From an uncultured Candidatus Rokubacteria bacterium (lineage in GTDB: Bacteria > Methylomirabilota > Methylomirabilia > Rokubacteriales > CSP1-6), in the NCBI GenBank assembly GCA_963789955.1, contig CAWBMV010000001.1, positions 512,001-576,000 of the forward strand: a stretch of 64,000 bases of DNA. The letters are read 5' to 3'. The position numbers were made by a program, and so were the translations under genes. Positions 46,002-55,892 of the stretch are shown piece after piece; positions within the stretch are counted from its first letter, which is position 1; every line of letters begins with the position of its first letter. The notes beneath the pieces are model-generated. The model was not told where the DNA came from. It ran no database searches and saw only the letters and a list, made by a program, of their open reading frames with translations.

Positions 46002-46053
46002 GCGACGCCCGAGATCCGGGACCGTAAGCCGCCAATCACCCTGCTGACGAGGG

Positions 46054-46068
46054 GCAAATGCGATGCCA
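46054..46068 (-). promoter_or_regulatory. Putative sigma54 promoter for the sensor-OtsA gene
   Basis: TGGCATCGCATTTGC 52 bp upstream of the ATG at 46001. Confidence 0.65.
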
Positions 46069-46347
46069 GATCGAGGGAAACCAGGCTGAGCAGCCGGGAC
46101 GGATGGATCGCTTGCGGGTCGGGATCTGGACGTCTATGACGACGATCGCCATCCTCGACAACATGTCGTTGCTACGACACGTTGTCGTGCGCGGCGGATG
46201 TCGGCGCTCGGCCTGCTGAAATCGGCGCGGAAGCCGCGAGAACGTCGGTCGCCCGCGCGCGACGATCGATAGGTTCGTCACGAGCGCGCAGCGATGAAGG
46301 ATCAGCGGGCCGCGCGCGATGTTCGGCGCTGACGCCTCGACAACGCG

Positions 46348-46700
46348 CTATGACGACACCTGAACCCGATCGTCACCGGGCGCTGAGGGCGGCGTGCGCA
46401 CCATCACCTCGAGCGGGCTGTCGGCGACGCGCATGGGCCGGGAGCGGTGCGGGAACGGGATCTCGATGCCCCGGGCATCGAACGCCTTCTTGAGCCGTCG
46501 ACGATACTCGCGGCCGACGATCCATTGCTGGATCGGAACCGTCTTGAGTCGCGCCTTGACCGTGACTGCGGAGTCCGTGAAGTCGTCGACGCCGAAGATC
46601 TCGATCTCCTCCAGGATGGACGGTGCGAAGCGCGGATCCTTTCGGAGCGTTTCCGCGACCTCTTTCATGATGTCGACCACCTGATCCGTACATACCGGTC
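46348..46700 (-). pseudogene. MscS-family mechanosensitive channel, C-terminal fragment only
   Basis: EIFGVDDFTDSAVTVKARLKTVPIQQWIVGREYRRRLKKAFDARGIEIPFPHR; no TM or N-terminal part. Confidence 0.8.
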
Positions 46701-46905
46701 GAGTCGTCACGAAGCTGATCAGACCGGCCTCTCGAAGGAACCTGGTGCGGCTGCCGCTAGCCGTGCTGCGAGAGCGGCTTCGCGGTATTGGCGACCAACA
46801 CGGTGTCGTCCTCACGACGTCTTGTCGCTCGGTTCCTTCGCCGGCTCACTGGCGCGTCGCGGGCAATGGTGTGTCATCGCGTGGCGATTCAGCGGCGGAA
46901 CCTGT

Positions 46906-46920
46906 TGGCACCTCGATTGC
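46906..46920 (+). promoter_or_regulatory. Putative sigma54 promoter
   Basis: TGGCACCTCGATTGC just upstream of the response regulator at 46937. Confidence 0.6.
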
Positions 46921-46936
46921 CGGCGATGTAAGCGTG

Positions 46937-47344
46937 ATGCCGATAGCACGCGAGCAACTCAGTGGCCTGCGAGTGCTACTGGTCGAGGACGTCTTCGAGG
47001 TGCGCGAGATCACGCGCTGTATGCTGGAGGCGAAAGGCGCGACGGTGGTAGAGGCGAGCACTGGCCGCGAAGGGCTGTATCTGGTGAGGACGCAGGCGTT
47101 CGATGTCGTACTGACGGATCTGAGGCTCCCGGACATGTCCGGTGAAGCCGTGGTCAGGGGCCTCCGATCCCAATCGGAAGGACGAACGCCCGTGGCCGTC
47201 GTCAGCGGCGACGATGCGAAGGCCCTGTCGCAGGCCCTGGAACTCGGAGCGGAGCGTGCCTTCGGCAAGCCCGTAGACTGGAAAGGTCTGCTGCAGTATC
47301 TGCACGACAAGCGGAGGCCACGCTGGCGCGGAGCGGTTCCGTGA
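46937..47344 (+). CDS. Single-domain response regulator
   Basis: VLLVED, VVLTDLRLPDMSG, VVSG, FGKPV. Confidence 0.82.
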   Translation: MPIAREQLSGLRVLLVEDVFEVREITRCMLEAKGATVVEASTGREGLYLVRTQAFDVVLTDLRLPDMSGEAVVRGLRSQSEGRTPVAVVSGDDAKALSQALELGAERAFGKPVDWKGLLQYLHDKRRPRWRGAVP

Positions 47345-47753
47345 GCGAGTCGGAGAAGCGCAGGACAGTGCTCGTGATCGAGGATGACATCGAGATGCGC
47401 GTGCTGCTCTGCGATGCCCTCGAGGTTGCCGGACATCGGGCGATCGGACATCCCGACGGGCGAGATATGCCGTATCTCGCCGAGCGCGAGCGGTTCGACG
47501 CCGGCTCATCCTCGACAAGGAGCTGCCCGGCCCGAACGGTCTCGATCTGCTTTCCTTCCTGAGCAAGCGGTTGCCGGGCGTTCCCGTGATCCTCGTGACG
47601 GCATTCGGAGGCCCGGGCGTCGCCGCCGAAGCGGCGAGTCGAGGTGCGTATACCTACCTCGAGAAGCCGTTCCGTATCGCGACCGTACTCGCGACGCTGG
47701 CGAGCGCCCCGTTGCCGTGTCGAGGCATGCTCAGCCCCGAGTGGCGCCCCTGA
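47341..47753 (+). CDS. Single-domain response regulator (frameshift near 47503); paralog of 33937-34349
   Basis: VLVIEDD, ILDKELPGPNGLD, VILVTAFGG, YLEKPFR. Confidence 0.82.
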
Positions 47754-47982
47754 ATGCAGGCGCCCTCGGCGCCCGGGTCGCCGGCGTTCATCGAGGCGCT
47801 GCTCGACCCGAGGGCCTATCCGCATCGCGTCACACGGGTCGAGCTCATCGAGACGCACATCTCCTGGGTGTTTCTCGCCGGGGTACGCGCCTACAAGCTC
47901 AAGAAGCCGGTGAACCTCGGCTTCCGGGACTTCACGACGCTCGACCGCCGTCGTTTCTTCTGTGAAGAGGCGGTCCGCCTGA
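47754..47982 (+). pseudogene. N-terminal fragment of a bifunctional aminoglycoside-phosphotransferase/AAA kinase (Rv2004c-like)
   Basis: AYPHRVTRVELIETHISWVFLAG..YKLKKPVNLGF.DFTTL..R.FFCEE, then truncated. Confidence 0.78.
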
Positions 47983-48146
47983 CTACGAGGCGCCGCAAGA
48001 CGAGGAAGGCGTCGTTCGCGTCGATGCGACCCGTGAGGCCGCCATGGCCACCCGGCGAGTGCTCGCGTCGATCGGCGTCGTCACGGCCGCCTCGAGGCCG
48101 GAGCTCTGACGAGCCACCCCGGGGTCCGAGCGTCTGAGCGCGTGAG

Positions 48147-49451
48147 CTAGCCGGCGGGCTGGCTTCGCGTCCCGCTCCGTTGAAACGCCCATCGCAGCCC
48201 GACCGGCGTGACGAGCGTCGTCACGAGAACCATCACCACGACGGCCGAGAAGAGCCCCTGGGGCAGCAGGGGCTGGCTCTCGACGACAAGCGCGCTCCCG
48301 ATGCCCGCAAAGATCAGACCGACCTCGCCGCGGGGGATCATCCCGATCGCGATCGCGAACCGATTCGTCTCGCGGCCGACGCCGAAGGCGCACGCCGCTT
48401 TGCCGGCCAGCGCGCAGACCGTGAGGATGCCCGCGAAGGCCAGGGCGGTCGACGTGCCCACGCTACCGATGTGCACCTGGATGCCCATCAGGACGAAAAA
48501 GAGCGGAGCGAACAGGGCCTCGAGCGGGTGCAGCAGCTCGGCCAGGGTGCCCGCCTCCTGCTGGGCGCACACCTTGCCCGTAGGGGTCGAGCAGGATCCC
48601 CGCGGCGAAGGCGCCGACAATGTCGGCGAGTCCGATCAGCTCCGCGACGTACGCAAGCGAGAAGCACAGCCCGAGCCCCACGACCAGCATCGCTTCCGGG
48701 CGGTCGGTACGAGCCACGAGACGGATGATCGGACTCGACAAAAAATGGCCGACCACCGCGGTGGCGGCCAGGCACACCGCTCGGACGAGGATACCGCCGA
48801 CGGCCGATAGCGGAGAGCCCCGCCGCGCCCGCCGTCGCGACGCCAGTCACGACGCGAGAACGACGAGCCCGAGAATGTCGTCCATGACCGCCGCCCCCAG
48901 GATGATCTGCGCTTCACGAGTCTGGGTGACGCCCAGATCCTTCAGCACGCGGGCGGTGATGCCGACGCTCGTCGCGCAGAGAGTGGCCCCGACGAAGACA
49001 GGGTTATGGTTGGGCTCTCCGGAAGAAGCCAGACCGCTGCGCCCCAACCGAGTGCGATCGGGACGATCACACCGATCGAGGCGACGCGGAGTGATGAGAT
49101 CCCGACGCGGACGAAGGCGCGCAAGTCGGCTTCGAGGCCGACGCCGAAGAGGAGGATCAAGACTCCGACCTGAGCCAGAAATGAGAGAGCCGGGTCGGAC
49201 CGCACGAAGGCAATCCCATCGCCCCCGCCGAGGGCCGGCCACAGGTTTGCGAGGCCGATGCCGACCAGGAGCTCGCCCAGCACCGCGGGCTGCCGCAGGC
49301 GCTCGGCGATCAACCCCCCGGCCTTGGCGGCGCCGACCAGGAGGGCGAGAGCGAACAGCGTCGGACCGAAGCGCGAGTGGGCTTCCGCCCCGGCGGCCCA
49401 CGCGGCGGCCGGCGCGGCTGCGAGCACGAGGGCCGATGCGGCGTGCCTCAT
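48147..49451 (-). CDS. Cation:proton antiporter (CPA2/NapA-like); several frameshifts
   Basis: QPAVLGELLVGI, LLFGVGLE, ATSVGITARVL, AAVMDDILG, IVGAFAAG, PLFFVLMG, GMIPRGEVGLIFA. Confidence 0.88.
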
Positions 49452-49803
49452 CAGGCGGGCTCGGAAGGAATGTGATCTCCACACCGGCTTCGTTTGAACC
49501 GATCTTGAATGCTCTGGTGGAGGTCGGAGTAGATCCGCGCCATTGCCGTACGGGGTGTCAGTAGTGTACGCGAGTGTACGCTCTCAGCTCGCAGGTCTCG
49601 CAGAAATCGTCGATCGCGATCTGCGGCACGAACGGTGCGGGCAACGTCAGGATGCGCGGAGTCACGCGCGCCACGGGCAGGGACAGCTCGTGTACTGAAT
49701 GTATATCGCGAGACGAGCTCGGCCGACTGGAACTCTATCGGCCGCATCCAGGCCGGACCTGCGAGGTGGTGAGGGCGCGATGTCTCGTGTAGCATTGGTG
49801 ACA

Positions 49804-50314
49804 ATGTCGTTCCGCCGAGCGATCTTCCTGATTCTCGCAGTGCTTTTGATCGGCGCCCCTGCGACGGCGACCGCCCATTCCGCTCCCTCGGCTCCGATGT
49901 GCGTGGGCTGCGCTGCTTCGCCTGCCGACGCGCTGTCGTTCGTGATCGAACCCGGGTGGGCCGAAGGGCGCCGCATCGATGGGACCCCACGGGGAGCTCC
50001 TGCTTCTCGCTGGCGTTGCCGGCGCCTTCTGGTTCAGTGGATCCAGGCGCCTGCGTCCCGTAGGGCTCTCGCTCGTGCTGATTGTCGGCGGCTATGAGGG
50101 CGCGATTCACTCGGTGCATCACCTCGGCGATACCAACGCGGCAGCGCATTGTCGCGTCGCCTCGAGCCACGAGCACGTGAACGTCATCGACGTCGAGGTG
50201 CCTCGCCTCGGCAGCGCCATGCCTGCAGCCCGGCCCGATCCGATTCCGGTGCCGCCTTCGCCGGCACGCATCGTGGCACTCGCGCCCGATGTCGGCCGCG
50301 CCCCGCCCGCCTAG
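49804..50314 (+). CDS. Exported/membrane CxxC and His-rich protein ending in RAPP (DUF2946/CruR-like leader candidate); frameshift near 49980
   Basis: Signal peptide, MCVGC, HSVHHL..HC..HEH, Pro-rich tail, GRAPPA*. Confidence 0.55.
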
Positions 50315-50444
50315 AGCTTCGCCCCGGGGACATTCACATTCGCTGAGCGCCGGCATGTCGGCCGTCGATCGGCTTCGGCCGGCGACCGCTGGTCACCGGA
50401 ACCACTCGGCAAATCGAAACGGTGAACAATAAGGGGGATCAGCC

Positions 50445-51032
50445 ATGCATGGCCATTGGCCCAGAGTCGGAACGGTTATCCTGACGATCGATTTTTTGAT
50501 GATCGCCGCCTTGGCGTGGGGGCAGGGGGATGTGAAGTCCATGGAGACCACACAGCCAGCCGCGAAGGGGCCGGCTCCGATTCGCACCACCATGGAGGCC
50601 CTGCACGCCTCTGGCGGAGTGCCGAAGGGTTGGAAGTTCCTCATGCCCAACGGCGACCCGGCGAAAGGTCGAGAGGTGTTCGTGACAATGAGATTGCTTT
50701 GCCGGGTGGGTGAAGGAGAAGAGTTGCAGGACTACAAGCGCGATCACAAACCCGGACCCGAGCTGACCGGAATGGGATCGCATCATCCCGCGGAGTATTT
50801 CGCGGAGTCCATCGTCAACCCCAACCGCGTGATCATACAGGGCGCCGGGTACACCGGCTCCGACGGGCTGTCCAAGATGCCGACGTACGGCGAAACCATG
50901 ACCGTGCAGCAGCTCGTGGACGTCGTCACGTACCTGAAGACGTTGAAAGGCGACATGGGCGGGATGCATGGAACGGGCGGCATGAAGCATGACGACACCA
51001 GTCAGCCGATGAAGCATCACGACATGAAGTAG
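50445..51032 (+). CDS. Cytochrome c-like protein with Met/His-rich tail; CXXCH motif not intact as assembled
   Basis: GDPAKGREVF, PGPELTGMG, ESIVNPN, SKMPTY, QLVDVVTYLKTL; tail MGGMHGTGGMKHDD..MKHHDMK. Confidence 0.7.
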   Translation: MHGHWPRVGTVILTIDFLMIAALAWGQGDVKSMETTQPAAKGPAPIRTTMEALHASGGVPKGWKFLMPNGDPAKGREVFVTMRLLCRVGEGEELQDYKRDHKPGPELTGMGSHHPAEYFAESIVNPNRVIIQGAGYTGSDGLSKMPTYGETMTVQQLVDVVTYLKTLKGDMGGMHGTGGMKHDDTSQPMKHHDMK

Positions 51033-51471
51033 GACGAGCCCGCGTGACCGGCGATCGTCAGGAGTCGGCCCTTCGGCCGTCGCCTTGCGCGGCGTCGGTC
51101 ACGCGGCGAACCCGGCGTCCGGCGCTCCGGTGCCGTCTAGCTTTAGGGGCCGGCGACCACCGGAACCGACCCGCGGCTCACGACCGTAACACCCGCGCTA
51201 GCGGGGCTCAGTGGGTCCTCATCACTGGCTACTCTTCATCCGCGCCGCGCGCGTCGGACCAGGCGCTCGTGCAGCACGGGAGCGTGACGGCGCTGATCTC
51301 CAGCCTGGTCCGAGTGGCGATCAGGCCACCGCTCCGGGCGCGACGCACCACCGAAGGCAGTTTCGATGAAGATTATTTCCCCGACAACGGCGTGGCGTCA
51401 CGCGCATGGCCAGGAACCCCGACACGATCCGCGGGCGCTAGTCCGGCGCGGCACCCGAAAATCCTGGTTCT

Positions 51472-51756
51472 CTATTGGCGCCTGGTGTATCCCCTCGCAA
51501 CGAGGCATCGCTCGGCGAACGCCTGGCGCTGCCCGATGGGACGGATAATGTTGGGGGCGGCCTCGCGTGCCTCGATGTCGCACTCGTACGCGTCCTTCTG
51601 CCAGCTCCGGTCTTTCGGCGCAACCCATTCGGTGTAAACGAGGCTAATGCCGCCGGCCGAGTAGACCTCGCTGCCCTTGTCGTAGAGCATGAGGCCGCAG
51701 CCGGCCAACATCGGCGCCCAGAGCCAGACCCACTGCCGCAGGCCGCGCACCGCCAC
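51472..51756 (-). CDS. Small lipoprotein
   Basis: Lipobox LAGC; DAYEC..CLVARGY pattern. Confidence 0.6.
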   Translation of the reverse strand: MAVRGLRQWVWLWAPMLAGCGLMLYDKGSEVYSAGGISLVYTEWVAPKDRSWQKDAYECDIEAREAAPNIIRPIGQRQAFAERCLVARGYTRRQ

Positions 51757-52668
51757 CTACTTGGGCCCTTCCTCGCCGCGCTCGCGCTGTACCCGCAGGA
51801 AGTCCTGCAGCTCCTGCATCAGCTTTTCCGAGTCGAGCTCTTCGTTCGGTAGGGTCGACGGCTCCTCGCCGGCCGTCGCGTCGTACTGCTGCTCGAGCTG
51901 CTGCACGTGCTCTCGGGTGGCTCGATCCCGGGCCACCGCGCGATCGCACTGGGTGCGAAAGTCCTTCATCGACTCGGTGAACTGGGACAGGTCCGGGCTC
52001 AGGTGAAGCAGGCGGGCCACGTAGGTCAAGAGTGCGTGGATCGCCGCCGGATTCTCGGCACTTTGCAGATAGTGGGGCGCTTGGCCCATGAATCCGAGGT
52101 GCGAGATCCCCCGCTGCTCAGCGGCATCCAGGAGGACCGTGGAAATGCCGGTCGGGCCCTCGTAGGTCGGACGACGATAAATGCCCCAGGCTTCGAGCAC
52201 GGACCGCCAGGTGGGGTCGGTGCAGCGTCCGGTCACTCGGATTGGACGCGTGTGCGGCGCGCCGGCCAGGAGCGCTCCGAGCGAGACGATTTTCCGCACC
52301 CCGCAGCGCTCGGCCAGATCGAGGAACGCGGTCGTATACGCGCGCCATCGCTGATGGGGCTCCGGACCACAAAAGAGGAGGAGGCCGTCACGGCCCTCCG
52401 CTGGAGGGCACGCGAAGAACTCGCTCCGCGGCCAGTGAATCTCGCGGCTCTCATCGGGTCGCATCTTCACGTCCGGCCGTTCCTGGGTGAACACGAAGAA
52501 TTGCTCGGGATCGATGAAAGCCAGCCGCGCGGCCGAGAGGTCGGTGACCAGGTGGCGCAGGGCGCCGGTGGCCGCCTGGCCGGCGTCGATCCAGCCCCCA
52601 AACGCCATCACCATCGTCGTCAAGTTCGTTGGCGGCTCGCGGTCGAACACGACATGATCCATCGTCAT
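51757..52668 (-). CDS. PAC2 (proteasome assembly chaperone-like) family protein
   Basis: AFGGWIDAG, GPEPHQRW, LGALLAGAPHTRP, YEGPTGI, PHYL. Confidence 0.85.
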   Translation of the reverse strand: MTMDHVVFDREPPTNLTTMVMAFGGWIDAGQAATGALRHLVTDLSAARLAFIDPEQFFVFTQERPDVKMRPDESREIHWPRSEFFACPPAEGRDGLLLFCGPEPHQRWRAYTTAFLDLAERCGVRKIVSLGALLAGAPHTRPIRVTGRCTDPTWRSVLEAWGIYRRPTYEGPTGISTVLLDAAEQRGISHLGFMGQAPHYLQSAENPAAIHALLTYVARLLHLSPDLSQFTESMKDFRTQCDRAVARDRATREHVQQLEQQYDATAGEEPSTLPNEELDSEKLMQELQDFLRVQRERGEEGPK

Positions 52669-52689
52669 CCTCTCGGAGTTGCGGGGCCC

Positions 52690-53532
52690 TTAAAAGCTCG
52701 GCTTGGTCGCAAACGGTGTCAGCTGCAGCTCGTGCGTCCAGCAGGATCGGTCTTGAGTGTGAAGGTAGTAGAACGCTTCAGCAATCTTCACAGGGTTCAT
52801 CACGATCTCAGGATTCTTCTGAGCTCTCGGGAGGGCTCGGGTGCCCGGCGAGTCGATGAGGCCGTCGATCACGACATTGGCCACGTGGACGCCGTGCTCA
52901 GAATATTCTTCCGTGAGCACCTGCGCGAGGGTGCGCATCATGACCCGCGGATAGTACAGCGACTGTCCGGTCAGGCGCTTGCGACCACGCAGCGAGAACT
53001 GGTTGTTCGAGATGAGGAAGGAGCCGGCGCCACGCTGACGCATGGCGGGGAGCACTTCCTGTGCGACCAGGAAGGGCCCGCGACTGGCGATGTGCTGGGC
53101 GGTCTCGAATATCTCGACGGGGACGTGTTCCAGCAGCTCTTTGTCCGGCGGCAAGTCACGCCCCTCGAGATAGCCGGCGTTGTAGACCAGGACGTCCGGG
53201 TCGCCGACTTGCTGGCGAATCGTGGCGAACGCTCGCGAGATCGATTCGAGCGACACCAGATCGAGCTCGACGATCGTCGCGCGGCCGCCTTGCTCGATGA
53301 TTGCCTTCTCCAGCGCCGAGGCGTTGGCGGCGTGACGGGTCGTCAGCACGACGACAAACCCTTCCTTGGCAAACTTCTGGGCGATGGCTCCGCCGACCCC
53401 CCAGCGCATGCCGACGGGGATCTCGCTGTCGTCGAGTACCTTACCGTGGGCCAGCTTGGTGTTGCGTCCATCGGACTGCCACTTGGAAGTGGCCCCGACC
53501 ACGACGGCGACCTGCTGACGGGCGGAGCTCAT
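52690..53532 (-). CDS. SDR family oxidoreductase
   Basis: GVGGAIAQKFAKEG, LVYNAG, GVHVANVVIDGLID, WTHEL. Confidence 0.82.
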   Translation of the reverse strand: MSSARQQVAVVVGATSKWQSDGRNTKLAHGKVLDDSEIPVGMRWGVGGAIAQKFAKEGFVVVLTTRHAANASALEKAIIEQGGRATIVELDLVSLESISRAFATIRQQVGDPDVLVYNAGYLEGRDLPPDKELLEHVPVEIFETAQHIASRGPFLVAQEVLPAMRQRGAGSFLISNNQFSLRGRKRLTGQSLYYPRVMMRTLAQVLTEEYSEHGVHVANVVIDGLIDSPGTRALPRAQKNPEIVMNPVKIAEAFYYLHTQDRSCWTHELQLTPFATKPSF

Positions 53533-53678
53533 GCGGGATTCCTCGCTCGTTGGTGTTGGCCGGCTCGCGCTTGCTCGTAGACGGGCTAAGCATAGGGAAA
53601 AGAAGCGCCCTTCACAACCTCGGCCGAAGGGCTCGAGTGGACTTCGCGGCGGGGAAAGGAGAGAATTCGGGGGACGCG

Positions 53679-53981
53679 ATGAATCCGGTCAAAAGTATCG
53701 CCATGCTGCTCGCCGGTGCCTTCTTCGTGGCGCCGGCCTGCGCCCAGGAGCCGCCCCAGCCCAACCTCCTCCTCCAGATGACCCCGCCGGCATCGTCGGT
53801 TTCCATCGACTCGACCAGGCGGGGAGATGACATTCAGGACCGACCGGTCCCACCCCGTTCTGACCCAGCTCGAGAGCCGTTTCGGTTGTACGTCGGTGTG
53901 GGCGATCCGCGATGCTTCCCCGGCGAAGACGGGCTCGGCATGGAGCGGTTCGGCACCGGAACTCGCAGACGACCCCGCTGA
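53679..53981 (+). CDS. Small secreted hypothetical protein
   Basis: Signal peptide MNPVKSIAMLLAGAFFVAPACA; its stop overlaps the next gene. Confidence 0.55.
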   Translation: MNPVKSIAMLLAGAFFVAPACAQEPPQPNLLLQMTPPASSVSIDSTRRGDDIQDRPVPPRSDPAREPFRLYVGVGDPRCFPGEDGLGMERFGTGTRRRPR

Positions 53982-54682
53982 CGGTTCGCGCGCTCACCTT
54001 CGATACCTACGGCACGGTCGTCGACTGGCGGACGAGCGTTCTCGCCGAGCTCCGGTCGTTCGCCGAGCGAAAGGCGCCCACGCTCGACTGCGTCAGGTTT
54101 CTCGACGAGTGGAAGGCCGCGTACCGTCCGAGCATGGACAGGGTCAATCGCGGAGAGATCCCGTGGACCACCGTCGACGCGATCTATCGGACGCGATTGG
54201 AGGAGCTTCTCGTCTCGCACGGCATCAGCCGTCTCACGACCGACGAGATCGAGGAGCTCGCGCGCGTCTGGTGGCGGCTGCGGCCGTGGCCCGACTCGGT
54301 CGCGGGTATCCAGCGTCTGAAGCGTCGATACATCGTCACGCCGCTCTCCAACGCGAGCTTCATCGGGATGGTCGAGCTCGCGCGATTCGCCGAGCTCCCG
54401 TGGGACTGCATCATCACCGCCGAGAACGCTCGCTGCTACAAGCCGCGGCCGGAGGCGTATCGCACGGCGGTCTCCCTGCTCGGTCTCAGGCCTGAAGAGG
54501 TCATGATGGTGGCCGCTCACAACTACGACCTCGCGGCGGCGCGCGCCGAGGGGATGGCGACGGCCTTCGTCCCGCGCCCGCTCGAATACGGCCCGGGGCA
54601 ACGGACCGACCTCGAGGCGGAGTCGGACTGGGACGTCGTCGCCGAAGACCTCGAGGATCTCGCGGCCCGCCTTCAGTGCTAG
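53978..54682 (+). CDS. Haloacid dehalogenase, type II (HAD superfamily)
   Basis: FDTYGTVVDW, PWPDS, PLSNA, YKPRPEAY, MVAAHNYDL, FVPRPLEYG. Start codon uncertain. Confidence 0.9.
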   Translation: MTVRALTFDTYGTVVDWRTSVLAELRSFAERKAPTLDCVRFLDEWKAAYRPSMDRVNRGEIPWTTVDAIYRTRLEELLVSHGISRLTTDEIEELARVWWRLRPWPDSVAGIQRLKRRYIVTPLSNASFIGMVELARFAELPWDCIITAENARCYKPRPEAYRTAVSLLGLRPEEVMMVAAHNYDLAAARAEGMATAFVPRPLEYGPGQRTDLEAESDWDVVAEDLEDLAARLQC

Positions 54683-55888
54683 TGAACTTTCGTCTCCGGA
54701 ACGTCCTTCTTCTCACCCTGACCCAGGCGACGTCCTCGACCTCGGTGACGCTCATCGCCGCCGTGGGCAGCCTCGCCGGCTACGCCCTGGCCAGCAACAA
54801 GGCGCTGGCGACATTGCCCTCGACGATGGCGGTGATCGGCACCGCGCTCAGCACGATTCCCGCCTCGCTGCTCATGAAGCGCGTGGGCCGCCGTGTCGGA
54901 TTCGTCGTGGGCGCCCTGTGCGCGATGGCCGGTGGTCTGATCAGCGTGGCGGCGATGGCTCGCGGCCAGTTCTGGCTCCTCGTCGCGGCGGCGTTGTTTC
55001 TCGGAGTCTCCGTGGCGTTCGCCCAGCAGTACCGGTTCGCGGCGGCCGAGACGTCGCTCCCGGAGTTCCGCAGCCGCGCCATCTCGTTCGTGCTCGCGGG
55101 CGGCCTGGCCGCCGCGTTCATCGGACCGATGCTCGCTCGCGCGACGGTGCAGCTCTTCGAGACGACGTACCTGGGCTCGTATCTCTGCGTGCCGGTGCTC
55201 GGCTTGCTCACCGCCGCGTGGCTCGCCGGTCTCCGCATGCCGCCTCCGTCGGACGAGGCGGCCCTGCGTCGGCGGCCCGGCGCGCCCGATCGCGGAAATC
55301 GTGCGCCAGCCGATCTTCATCGTGGCCGTCCTCGCCCAGATGATGGGGCAGGGGGTGATGAACCTTCTGATGACCGGGACGCCGCTGGCCATGATGGCCC
55401 ACCACCACACGTTCGCGGACACGGCGTTCGTCATCCAGTGGCACGTGGTCGGGATGTTCCTGCCCGGCTTCTTCACCGGCACGCTCGTCCAGCGCTGGGG
55501 TGAGCGAACCGTCATCCTGCTCGGCATCGCGCTCAACGTGCTCGCCGTGGCGGCGGCGTGGCTCGACGTGGGCGTGCACAACTTCTTCCTGGCCATGACC
55601 CTCAACGGGATCGGCTGGAACTTCATGTTCGTGGCCGGCTCGACGCTGGTGACGAAAGCCTACGCGCCGGCCGAGCGCTCGCGCACGCAGGCCGCCAACG
55701 ATTTCCTGGTGTTCGGGACGGCGGCCGTGACCTCGCTGTCGTCCGGGCAGCTCCTCCACCACCGGGGATGGCAGGTCGTGCTGACGACGGCGGCGGTCAT
55801 GCTGCTCGCGGCGCTCGCCGGATCACTCTGGCGCGTTTCGCGCGCGGCAAGCCCGACGGGACGCTCGGGTCTGGCGGCGGCCGACTGA
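54676..55888 (+). CDS. MFS transporter; frameshift near 55275
   Basis: LMKRVGRRVGF, QYRFAAAE, QWHVVGMFLPGFFTG, GIGWNF. Confidence 0.85.
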
Positions 55889-55892
55889 CGGT

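Noticed and set aside
14028..53600. A precisely bounded second island, prophage or ICE
   Set aside because: No distal att copy, intact integrase, phage structural genes or conjugation genes were found, so the right boundary cannot be supported.
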